Shown here one piece after another: positions 1-10,594 of a DNA stretch of 64,000 nt. Each line of letters begins with the position of its first letter. The first letter of the stretch is position 1. Position numbers and translations under genes: made by a program. Source of the stretch: Azolla caroliniana (taxonomy: Eukaryota; Plantae; Polypodiophyta); the NCBI GenBank assembly GCA_043228905.1, contig JBHGNT010000014.1:13950001-14014000 (forward strand). The letters run 5' to 3'. The notes under the pieces are model-generated. The model saw only the letters and a program-made list of their open reading frames with translations, did not search any database and had not been told where the DNA came from.

Positions 1-310
1 TTGCATAAGTTTTGGGGCATCTAATCCTTCTTCTCATGGAACGTTATTAACCACTTCTTCCAATTTATCAACGCATAAACCAAAGACAGTAGGTGATAAT
101 GGACATCCTTGCTTAGTCCCCATGTTACTTAAAAAGTGTTCTAAGAAACCTTTATTAATTTTTAGCTAGCATCTAACTTGCTCATATAATCATGCAATAG
201 CAACTCGATCCTCTAATGGCATGCCAATTTCCAACATTCTATTCCAAAGCTCACTTTGTGGTACTATATCAAATGTTTTTTTAAAATCAATAAAGCAACA
301 AGTTGTTTGC
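1..310 (-). mobile_element. Degenerate LINE reverse-transcriptase fragment (same type as the RTEX-like LINE at 22.4-34.1 kb)
   Basis: Minus strand translates to CCFIDF and SNMGTKQGCPLSPTVFGLCVDKLEEVVN, matching CCFVDF and GVKQGCPLSPTLFGLCIHELEEMV in the LINE at 30.7-31.1 kb; runs off the window edge. Confidence 0.8.
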
Positions 311-871
311 AAGAACAATATTATTCAAACGAGAGGTCAAAAAGGAAATGAAAAGCCTCATTGACCCATTGATAATGGATCATATGAGGTATTTGTATGT
401 AATTATGAAGTATAATCATTAAATCTCTACCCCTAAGGTATGATGGAGGTATGTGTTTGTATGTAAAGGAAATTTGCCAATATTATTAGGGTCAACAATA
501 ACTAACTTAGTGAAACTTCCACTAGAAGAAAGGAATGGTATGATCATTAGTTCGAATTTGTCTTCCCTTAGATGTTCCTCATCAATGTGATGCATAACCT
601 ATCGTTTCTTAATGTGTTTATTGTACTATAAAACTTTGAAAATCGAAATTGGCAAACATGTCGGCATTGTAGTAAACCTTGTGTTTTTTGCAATCTTAGG
701 CCATGTAGAGGAGTGAACGGGTTTGGGAATGCAACCATAACGTTTTAGTTTGAGGTCATGCACCCTACCCTTTTCTCCTACAAAGTATGGGTTTGTAAAA
801 ATTCATTTTCCAACAATACTTCTTGGTTTTGGTTTGAGAACACGTCCCCTACGGGCTCCTAGTAATCATGT

Positions 872-2254
872 TTAGCAAGGGAGAAGGTCTATCGAAGAGA
901 ACACATCATTGATCTCATAAAGCAGCTCCTCTTCGATGAGAACATCGGTTAAGCTAGTTAATTGCGAAGGTGAGGTTAAGCTGGTTAAGTCTGAAGGTGA
1001 GGAAGAAGATGATGTGGAAGACGACATTGTCTGGGAAACTTCGATCGACGGTGACATGCCCGATGAGCAACACGTTGTTTGCGCTTGAACCTGAGGAGCT
1101 ATATCTTGGCTGGGTGTCGGGAGGTACGCATCGGACTTCTTCTTCTTCTTCTTCATGGTGGGGTAGGACTCGTCGGTCATGAGCGAGTGGCGGACGATGT
1201 CGACAGGGAAGTTGAGTAAGGCCTTGGCGCCACGCATCTGGAGGGCAGCGCGGTCGTAGGCGAGCGCAGCGGCTTCCGCGGTGTCGAACGTGCCGAGCCA
1301 CAGGCGGGAGCCGTGGCGGGCGGAGTCCCGGATCTCGGCCGCAAACTTGCCCCAAGGCCGCCGGCGCACCCCGCGGTAGTGGCATCTCGGCCGGGGGCCA
1401 TGTGGCCGAGATGCCGATACGGGTGGGGCTGGCGGGCGTGTGCCTCCGGCTGGCACGGGCCATGTCGATGCCCTATCGTGGGTGCTCGGGATTTTCCCGA
1501 GCCTACTACACGAGACAATGCCACTAATGGTGGCGGGTGGCCGTGCATCGGCCACCTCCCCCATTCTTGGCGGGGCCCAGCCAGCCTTGGCCGCCTCCTT
1601 CAGAATGGCGTACAGAACCATGTCATCTGAGTCATTCTCATTCAAAGGTAAGCCATTGCTGCTGCTGCTGCCCTGGCTTGAGCCACTGAGGCAAGACCTG
1701 AGAGAAGTAGGGGTAGTCTGACATGATGATGATGCACATGATGATGATGATGATGATGATGATGGCGATGGCTTCTCAAGCTCATAATCCCTCCTGTAAT
1801 CCTTCCTCAGAGCGAGAGGAGTAATGGAAACCCTCCTTGCATCGGCTCTGCTCCTCTGCCCTCGTCTGATGGTGATGGAACCTGTGAATGCCTTCCTTTC
1901 CTGCTCAAACCCCTCCCCAAAGAGCTTGCTTCTGAGTATTTGTTGACCTAATCCTTGTGGGAAAGAACCTTCCCAAGAAGACCACGATGATTCTTCTTCT
2001 TCTTCATCATCCTCAGATTCTTCTTCCATTTTAATCTGAGCTTCAAAACTGGGGCCCATGGACAATTGGCCACAAACAAGCAGGGCTTCTTCGCTGCTGC
2101 CTAACAGGGCTTCTTCTCTCACCACTTCACCCATCTTCTGCAGAACAGAGTCGCAGAGCTTGTGGTGATTTAGGGATTTGATGATGTCTAAACCTCTCAA
2201 TCTCTGAGAGCTTGGGAGCAGATCATCAAGAGGTGAGGTGGGAGAGAGTACCAT
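872..2254 (-). CDS. AP2/ERF transcription factor, ERF subfamily group IX-like, single AP2 domain, apparently intronless, 460 aa
   Basis: AP2 domain [59 protein letters not shown] with ERF-type Ala14/Asp19; upstream [17 protein letters not shown] resembles the group IX conserved motif; poly-K putative NLS; acidic C-terminal LIEEELL. Start codon uncertain. Confidence 0.93.
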   Translation of the reverse strand: MVLSPTSPLDDLLPSSQRLRGLDIIKSLNHHKLCDSVLQKMGEVVREEALLGSSEEALLVCGQLSMGPSFEAQIKMEEESEDDEEEEESSWSSWEGSFPQGLGQQILRSKLFGEGFEQERKAFTGSITIRRGQRSRADARRVSITPLALRKDYRRDYELEKPSPSSSSSSSSCASSSCQTTPTSLRSCLSGSSQGSSSSNGLPLNENDSDDMVLYAILKEAAKAGWAPPRMGEVADARPPATISGIVSCSRLGKIPSTHDRASTWPVPAGGTRPPAPPVSASRPHGPRPRCHYRGVRRRPWGKFAAEIRDSARHGSRLWLGTFDTAEAAALAYDRAALQMRGAKALLNFPVDIVRHSLMTDESYPTMKKKKKKSDAYLPTPSQDIAPQVQAQTTCCSSGMSPSIEVSQTMSSSTSSSSSPSDLTSLTSPSQLTSLTDVLIEEELLYEINDVFSSIDLLPC

Positions 2255-2273
2255 TAGCCACAGTTAATCAAGT

Positions 2274-2276
<3 letters not shown>

Positions 2277-2317
<41 letters not shown>
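2277..2317. repeat. (GA)n microsatellite just 5' of the ERF start codon
   Basis: About 20 AG units, 23 bp upstream of the ATG. Confidence 0.95.
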
Positions 2318-2318
<1 letters not shown>

Positions 2319-2320
<2 letters not shown>

Positions 2321-2530
2321 AAACCTAACCCTAATACTAGAGAGAAGCAAAAAAGTCAGCAGTAAAACCTTATTCGTAACCCTAATTCTTGAGAAGCAAA
2401 AGAATGCGGCAGGAAACCTGATGTATCCCTAACCCTAATTCATCAAACTCAAAAGAATGAGCAGGAAACCATATGTATCCTGTAACCCCTTAAATTCTTC
2501 AAAACCTAAGAAAGCCCTAACCCTAAAATT
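2319..2530. repeat. Degenerate ~50-bp tandem repeats, each with a telobox-like AACCCTAA core
   Basis: The unit aaccctaa...aaaag..gcag.aaacc recurs about four times. Confidence 0.65.
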
Positions 2531-2654
2531 CTCAAACAAATAAGTCTTAAGAAGGCCCGGAAGGGGGAGCTTTTCTTGACCATAGCCTTTTGACCAATTA
2601 AGCATGCGGTCAAACTCCATCGTACACAAACAAAAGTCTAAAAGAGAATATCCT

Positions 2655-3026
2655 CCCACGTCAGCCGACAGGAAATCATTTTTTTTTACTCCGTACGGCA
2701 TTTCAAAAGAGCACGTGCGCTTTTTGGGCCTGATTTGCCTTTCTGTCTTTCTTTACATTTTTGTCCCCTTTCCTTCTTTGGGGCTCTTTTTTTTTTTATC
2801 CGCGGATACATTATGTACTCATTGCGCGCTCTCGAATTATTGCCTCTTCTTTTACTTCTTCCTTCTTCTTCTTATTCTTCTTCTTCTTCTTCTTCTTCTT
2901 CTTCGTCTTCGTCTTCGTCTTTTCTTTATTTGTTGTGTTGCGTTCGCCTCGATATCCTCGTGGTCTTCATCTCGTCCATTCACCAATTCGCACATGCATT
3001 TCACATTGTGTCCCTCTTCCACGTGC
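2655..3026. promoter_or_regulatory. Candidate ERF upstream cis-elements (G-box CACGTG x2, ACGT core, DRE core GCCGAC)
   Basis: ccacgtcagccgac near 2656-2669, gcacgtgc near 2711, ccacgtgc near 3019. Short motifs; function inferred only. Confidence 0.3.
2855..2921. repeat. (TCT)n/(TCTTCG)n microsatellite
   Basis: Read directly from the sequence. Confidence 0.9.
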
Positions 3027-3154
3027 CTTGACTACTTCTAAAACCTCTCTCGTTCAAAAAAAATCGATGGAGTAAAGCATTAAAAACGCTTCCTCTTATA
3101 TCTTTACCTTTTTTTTTTGTTTTTTTCTTTTTTTATGTGGACCGCATTAACTCG

Positions 3155-3157
<3 letters not shown>

Positions 3158-3226
<69 letters not shown>

Positions 3227-3257
3227 TCTTCTTCTTCTTCTTCTTCTTCTTCTTCTT
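3158..3257. repeat. Compound (CT)n-(TCT)n microsatellite
   Basis: Read directly from the sequence. Confidence 0.95.
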
Positions 3258-3603
3258 TTGTAAATCAATGTTCGTTATTAAAACATGCTCATAATACAAC
3301 CCTTGCAATCTTCACACTCTCTCTTTTTCTTTTTCTTTTCGATGATTGGGTAAATATCCCATTTTTTGCTGTAAACCATTTGTCTCATGGGCCAATTTTG
3401 GCCTTAGAAGACGAACTTAATATATCTTTCTTTCTCTTTCTCTTTGTCTCTCTCTTGGAGAATGGAAAAGCCGACATTATCATATAGGTGTCCCATGCGT
3501 ATCGCTCCTTGGTTCATTCTCTGTCATGGTTTCTCCTTGATAAGATCTTTTGTCGCATTTTATCACTTCACATTCAAGCTAAGCTTCATTTGACTAGTGA
3601 AAG

Positions 3604-3920
3604 CTCACATATTAATCATGATCATGAGATTGACACCCAGAACTATTTTTTAAGCGCACATGAGTCTCATCTTCGTAATGTCTCAAAAGACAACACATGG
3701 CAATAGCCTAACAAGAGATGTGAACAACGATAAGCTAGTCACCTGTCTGAATTTTCTATTTATATTTCATTCGATTGGTTAACACTCACATTTTAATCAT
3801 GATCACTAGATTCACAACCAAATTTTTCTTTATGCCCACACGAGTCTCATCTTTGTATCCTCTCAAAAGACAACACATGGCAACACGAGACGTGAACAAT
3901 GATACGCTAGTCAGTCATCT
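3604..3920. repeat. Diverged direct duplication, ~180-bp period
   Basis: ctcaca..ttaatcatgatca...gagtctcatctt...tctcaaaagacaacacatggcaa...gtgaacaa occurs near 3604 and near 3785. Confidence 0.85.
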
Positions 3921-4020
3921 ATCGCAAAATTCTATGTATATTGATCTTTAGAATTTGATTTTCTTTATCAAAGTTCTATTTTCCTCATAGTGACATATTT
4001 CTAGTGTGTTCAAAGATATG

Positions 4021-4327
4021 AATAACATGTTTTTTTGGCAATACAATAGCATACGTTTTACTTCAAAATTTGTTAGGAAAATTCGACGTCAATCTTTTAC
4101 CTATATTTATCTTAGAAGACAAAACTTAATTTTCTATGTATATCAATATTTAGAATTGGATTGTTTTTTTAAGTGTTATTTGTCACGTAGTAAGATATTT
4201 CTAATGTATTAAAAGACATCATCAATAACGTGTTATTTTGTCAATACAATAGCAAGTGTTTTACTTCGAAATTTGTTATGGAAATTTAACATCAATCTTT
4301 TACCTCTATTTCTCTCAAAAACCTTGG

Positions 4328-4359
<32 letters not shown>

Positions 4360-4790
4360 TAGAGATAAATGTGTCTACTCAAATCATCATGATCAAACAT
4401 TTGACAAATATCTAACAGATATTATAGGCAATCTAGCACATTTATATGAATGACAATCTTTTAAGTGTTTTCTATATAGTTTATTTCCCTCCTTAGAGAT
4501 AAATGTGTACTCAAATCATCATGATCAAACTTTTGACTTTTTCCTTAATGACATATATCTAAGAGATATTATAGGCGATCTCCCACATTTATACGAATGA
4601 CAACCTTTTAAGCGTTTTCTATATGGTTTATTTCCAAGCCTCATGAATCACAACCAAACTTTTGACTCTTTTCTAAATGACATATATCTAGGGTCTCACT
4701 TGAGATATCAATAGTTGATTATTCACTCTCACATTTATTTATGGGAATATCAATCTTTTAATTGTTTGTATATGGCTTGTTTCCCAGCCC
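4021..4790. repeat. Cluster of local duplications: ~200-bp pair (4021/4224), (CTCCTGA)x4 at 4328-4358, and 135-150-bp units x3 (4357-4790)
   Basis: caatacaatagca..gttttacttc.aaatttgtta twice; ccttagagataaatgtgt..actcaaatcatcatgatcaaac twice plus a third degenerate unit. Confidence 0.85.
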
Positions 4791-6473
4791 TCCAAAGATA
4801 GCAAGTTGTCACGAGAGAGACCATGTTTGCAAGGTCCAAAAGACAACCATTGTCACTAGAAATAAAGGTCTAACAACCATTTGACAATTGAGGCTTCAGA
4901 ATGAAGTACTCAATCATGGCTATGAACTAACCACTTGGCCAACACCCATAACCATTAATATATTAACTATTATTTTGTGACATGTGCCTTGCAATGTAAA
5001 AACCGTGACGATTGGTCTTTCATATTTTATTTCTAATATTTGTAGTAAAGTTATATCAATTTTATATTAAAATCATTTGTTGATAACAAGACAAATATAG
5101 AGATTTATGTATAAGCCACCTTGTCTAGTCTTTTTGTAATAATCTCTCCTAACTAATGGGAAAGTAACTTCTTTTTGGGATAAAAAAAAAATACCGGCAT
5201 TCAATTGGCATGTTATTATGCCATATTTCTAACTTCCAAAAGAACAAGTTATTGTTTGTTAATTTTATGTGTATATCAATGCATAGAATTGGACCTTATT
5301 TCGAAGACATTGTCTTTTAAGATACATGATTAAAATCATGAAAATATGGTTGTACACAGTTCACTCACAATACCTACATATTTCCTCACTCTAAATTTGA
5401 TGAGAAAACTGTGGAACTATATTGTTAACCATAATCTCTCCCTATGATTTTGCCACCATGTAAATTGTATGCACTTCGATGTGGTTGGCTATAACCTCCT
5501 TTTTAAAGTAGAGGGGAATCTCACAAAATGAGTTACTCACAAACAAACAAAAACATTCCTTTCACTTTGATTATTATATTCAGCTCAAGAATGACCATTT
5601 TGAGAACTGACAATGTAGAGCAAGGTTTATATATTGACTGTCACACTTGCCCTTCATTTTGATTTATGATGATTTTCATCTTAAAATGAAATACATTTTT
5701 ACTTTCTTAAATTACAGACACATTTAGAAAAGATAACAAATAGATATAAAGTTATACAAAAATTTAATCAATGGGCATGACCTGATGACAAGAAATTTTA
5801 GATGTTGTTGATTCAATGCTTCTTCATACTCATCCATGTATCCAAAACACTACCCAATCAACTTTTTCATCTTCAAACCTTCTCAAAGTTAGTTAGGCAA
5901 TGTCCTTGGAGTTTTTTTTAATATGCCAAGAATGGCATTTTGTCTCGAAAACTCACACCATCAACTGTTTTGAAAGAAACATAATATCATTTGCCAAAGC
6001 CTTATCATGTTGCGTTTAGAAGCTAGCTAGATGTATCATGATGCTTGTTGAAAAATAACAAGTTTTGTCAGACAAACGTTTGTTGTTATGTGGACAACGA
6101 TTGCCCCACCTTTTTTTATCTAAGGTGTAAACAATGATAGCCAAATATATATGAAAGTGACTTGTAAATAGTAGAGTATCTATACATATTTAGAGTGTAT
6201 ATAGCTTGATTTGTATATGCGATTCACCTAACTAATGTGACGTAGTTTTTTCTCAGAAAAAAAAGAAATTCATTTGCCAAAGCCTTATCAGGTTGGGAGA
6301 AGTTTGTGGCCAATATATTCTTGTCCTAAATATACTCTACCCCTCGTTTATTGTAAAATCCTCACAATATGATTCAAGCACATCCATAAAGGGGAGCAAT
6401 TCCATTTTACATGCATTTTCATCCATGGAAGTATTTTTTAAGCACACACCATTCCTATAAGTTCAGGAATGAG

Positions 6474-6733
6474 AATTTACAAGCTACATTTTTATTTTCT
6501 CACATCAAGAAGAAAAATGATTTCTTTAACATCATAAAGGAGATCATTTAAATTGTTAATGGTGGTAGACATAATCCATCGTGAGTTTAATGCATTTCTT
6601 AGATAACAAATTTACAAGCTATATTTTTATTTTCTCACATCAAGAAGCAAAATTATGTCTCTAACATCATAAAAGCGAACATTTAAATTGTCAATAGTGG
6701 TTGACATAATCCATCTTGAGTTTAATGCATTTC
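6474..6733. repeat. Tandem duplication, ~135-bp period
   Basis: aatttacaagcta.atttttattttctcacatcaagaag...gagtttaatgcatttct twice. Confidence 0.9.
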
Positions 6734-8578
6734 TCTAATCAATGATCAATACATTATCTTTTATTCATGTGCAATACTTCCAAAAGTATTGTCTTTAATT
6801 TTGGGAGATACAATAAACAAAACAACTCATATATGTGAATTTGATCATTCTTATACTCAATTTCTAAGCAGCCTCCTTTAGAAGCTTCCAAGAATTTTGA
6901 AAGGCACTTTTTCAATCACCAAACTTACATGGTCTTAAAAATGTACGAGTCAATTTCATCAATGGTACCCCGAGTAGAAATAAACTATAATTTGTGCTCA
7001 TGGAACTTCATATTCAAAGTATTCAACCTAGATAATACAATTTCTTGCATGTAAATACAAAAGTCTGGAGTGATTGTACCAATGAATAAGGTTTTCTCTT
7101 TTAGACATATCAAGAATTGATGACATTAATGAAATGAAACCGTATACATCATAACCTCATCAGAGGATAACCATGCAATACCAATAATGTTGAGAGGCTG
7201 ATTATCATCTAGATTCATGACTTTTGGAAGCTTCATAAATTCATCATACTATTTTGCAAATTTTCAACTCAAAAACAGACTTTACTAGCCAACACGTTTC
7301 ACAAATTATTAGCGCTAGGAAAGTTCTGCATGAATCTATGCAACTAAAGGTTCACGATGATATTTGGATTCCATTATCACATTTGTACCATACACCACAT
7401 TATTGCCGACCATGCCCCATTTGTTTCCGTGACAACATTATTTCTTTCATATAAGTGATTTTTATTAAAAATATTTTGGATACATCAAATATAGTCATTC
7501 CTTTTCCAGTTGCAACTAATAAATATATCCCTTGGGACCAAGTCCATTTCATCTCGATATATCCATGGATGAAAAGATGCATTTAAAATGTGCTATCTAT
7601 ATGCTTGTGAATTATACTTGTGTGGAATGGTTACTCGGTCATGCATGCATTTTGACGTTCTAAGAAATAGCTAGACATTGGTAACATGAAATCAGATGTT
7701 GCCTAGTGACTAGTTTATAATGCATATTCTTTAAACTTTAGCATACAATAAGAATTATGAAAAATAAATTGGCCACAAAAGCATTCAAATGATGCCAATG
7801 AGTTATTTTCACTTATTATATGATACATCAATCTTAATTATTTGATAGCACACTATTTGTTTGCATTGACCATTTCTAAATCATGTTGTAGGATGCACTT
7901 TGCTTGTTTGTCTATCTCACTTGCCCATTCTGCTTGAGAGAACTTATGAGCATTTGCAATGACAAATGTTATTAATTGAATCAAGTTGAATGATAACACA
8001 TTCTTGGCCATTATCTGTCACCTCAAGAACTTGGCATTTCTTAGAATACTCACATTTAATTAATTCTCATTGTTAGTAACTATACATGTAACCCATGGAA
8101 ACTTTACTTTCCATTATTCCCTAAATTTTCTATCCGAGATATTCCTTAGCTACAAATATGTCATGAATGGTTAGCTTTTGTAGAGCTACCATCACATTCT
8201 TGATTTAGTCCCATTATCTAACATAAATTTCACCGCCCCCACTTCATTGGCATAGACATGTGAAAAGCAACCTAATGGAAGACAAAGAACATGTACGACC
8301 TAGGAATGGGTCTTCTATCCCCATAATGTGAAACAAGCCAATGACAAAAACACTTAACCTCTTTAAATTCTCTACTCAAGTAGAGTTTTTCTTTGATTGA
8401 GGTTGTTATTCAAGATAAAACCAAATTTTACCCACTTTTAGGGAAATGGGTACAAGATGTTGTTGGACTCCTCCAAAATTCGAAATATCAAGTTAGTCCT
8501 AAGTCAACTCTCTCATTATTCATGAGATGATTAATTTGCACTAAAAATTACTTCAATCATAACAATCCCCCTTAATGA

Positions 8579-9132
8579 TGTTAGGATCCTACCAGCCACA
8601 ATCGGATTTCACCAATGCATATATGAGTGCAAAGATAGAAATGATAGAAAAACACAAGTACAAAGACAAAGAATGTTAACGTGGAAAACCCGGAAAGGTA
8701 AAAAAACTACGGGAGCTCACAGTCTCCGAACATAATCACCATGTATTGAGAGGAATACAACAAGAGGCTCTGAGACAACAACCTCAAGCTCTTCTTCGTC
8801 TACAGAGGGTTATAGAGAGTTACAAATCTCTCTCTCTCTGTCTGTGTGTGTGTGTGTCTCTCTCTACCTTAGTCATAGAGGCAACTCCATGCACTAACTA
8901 TTCACAATAGTGATTTTTCATAACTTTGTCCTAACTATATTTATACTCATATACAATATATGCCTATTTACAATTCTAGCCTCAAGTCGGCTCTGACCGA
9001 TTCGGCTATTAATCGAATCTATTATTATTTGATTAGTCGATTAGTTGATTTTTCGGCCTTGGCAGAGTTGGCTATCGATTGGTCCCCGACTTGTCTTCTT
9101 CTTCCCATCCGGAGGGACCAATTTCCCCAACA
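8579..9132 (-). mobile_element. Solo LTR, Copia-like
   Basis: TGTT...AACA termini; perfect 5-bp TSD AATGA (8574-8578/9133-9137); acgtggaaaaccc motif shared with the solo LTRs at 40365 and 45568. Confidence 0.85.
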
Positions 9133-9419
9133 AATGACCATATTAGAGGTCTTAAGAGAAAGGAGTAATAGCTTCCAAACAATAACTTGATCAAAATGCA
9201 ATATCTAAGCCTGAGTTTGACAAGTGACTTTTATGCTTCTTGTATGAAATCTATTAGCCCTGAATCCGTTTTGTGTTTATGTGGACACAATATTCTCTCT
9301 CTAGATTATAAATGATAGTCTCTACTCATTTTACCTTCAGCCTTCTTAATAATGGTAGTGCCACTAGAAGGTTGAGGGAGGTAAATTGACATTGTTGTGA
9401 GGCAATAGGCTTTAATGTC

Positions 9420-9811
9420 ATGATGTGGCCTCACCCCTCACTTCTTCACGAGCCTTTGGGACATTATTAAAGAAGACCTCCTCCAGGCATATGAGGAGAT
9501 CATCACCTCTGGAAACATGCCAGAGGAATTTGCATAGGGGATGATACATCTCATTCCTAAACTAGTGTGAGTACCAATGACATTAGTAAGTGGTGCCCCA
9601 TAACTCTTCTCAATATTGTACATCACGTCTCCCTCAACTCATTCATCCGTCCCAGATAGGGTTTGTTAGAAATCAGAGTATCCTAGATAGCCTTTTCTCA
9701 TTATGGGAAGTAGTAGCCCTTGCCAAGCATACCAACAACAAGGTACCTGTAGTGCTCTTCGATTTTGAGAAAGAATATGATAGAGCATGCTGGAAATTTC
9801 TAAAACGTGTG
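9420..9811 (+). mobile_element. Degenerate L1-clade LINE RT fragment (host of element A)
   Basis: LWDIIKEDLLQAYEEII..GMIHLIPK..LIHPSQIGFVRNQSILDS..LFDFEKEYDRACWKFL, i.e. the L1-type QxGF and DFxKAYDRVxW motifs. Confidence 0.8.
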
Positions 9812-10360
9812 TGTTCCCGAGTCCCTAGTCCTTTGGGGTTTGGCTTCAAGGAAACTGTGGTTCAGGAATGGGAGAGTACATCGTAACCGTGATATGGGGG
9901 ACTATACACTGGACTCGTAAGTGTTGACTTAATCGTGCAGACTGTGGAGATTAGGAAGACGGCTATAACCGACCTCTTATGCCCTAGCACACGGTGTATA
10001 TGGCTCAATACAGAGAAAATCAGCTGGGCACAAACATATACTAATAGTTACATGACACAGAGAGTTAGGCAATCAAAAACTATATTGTAGATGTTGAATA
10101 CAAAATTATCGCTTACTATTACAAGTTTTCCATGCCTTTTATCTACAGGGTCATGGGTGGTTACGCTTTACGCGTTACCTTTTCTTAAAATATTAATTAC
10201 GCTTCGGTTGTCCCTACGCTACGATTGCTACTCCCTCTTCATTATGCTACGACCCACCTGTCTTCTTTGCTTGCCGTAACTGTCCTTTTGTCTTTTATCC
10301 TTCTCGACCTTTCCCACTTGGCCGTCCAAGGTGGCCAACACATGGCATGCTTGTGGGACA
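9812..10360 (-). repeat. 3' LTR of element A
   Basis: Inverted termini TGTTCCC..GGGACA; cgac.ctttcccactt motif shared with the J LTR; partner LTR not in the window. Confidence 0.65.
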
Positions 10361-10594
10361 GTGTTTGCAAGGTCGAACCCGCACAAGACCTTTATACGTC
10401 GTCGAAGATGTCCAAGATGTTTGGCTCTCAACAGTTCGCCTCCGGGGAAACTTTGGGAGGTGTTCCGGCTCGAGGCCCCTACGTTGTCGAAGATGTCCAG
10501 GATGTTCGGCTCTCAACGGTCCGCCTCCACGGAAACTTTGGGAGGTGTTCCGGCTCGAGGGGGCCGATAGGCTCTGTCGATTCTAGTGGGGGCG

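Noticed and set aside
954-1721. Alternative-frame ORFs overlapping the ERF gene
   Set aside because: Shadow ORFs of the GC-rich AP2 region.
2604-3487. ORFs of 98-145 aa with poly-L/S/F
   Set aside because: Translations of TCT and CT microsatellites.
4900-8500. Possible decayed transposon or gene in AT-rich DNA
   Set aside because: No termini, TSD or protein motif could be identified by eye.
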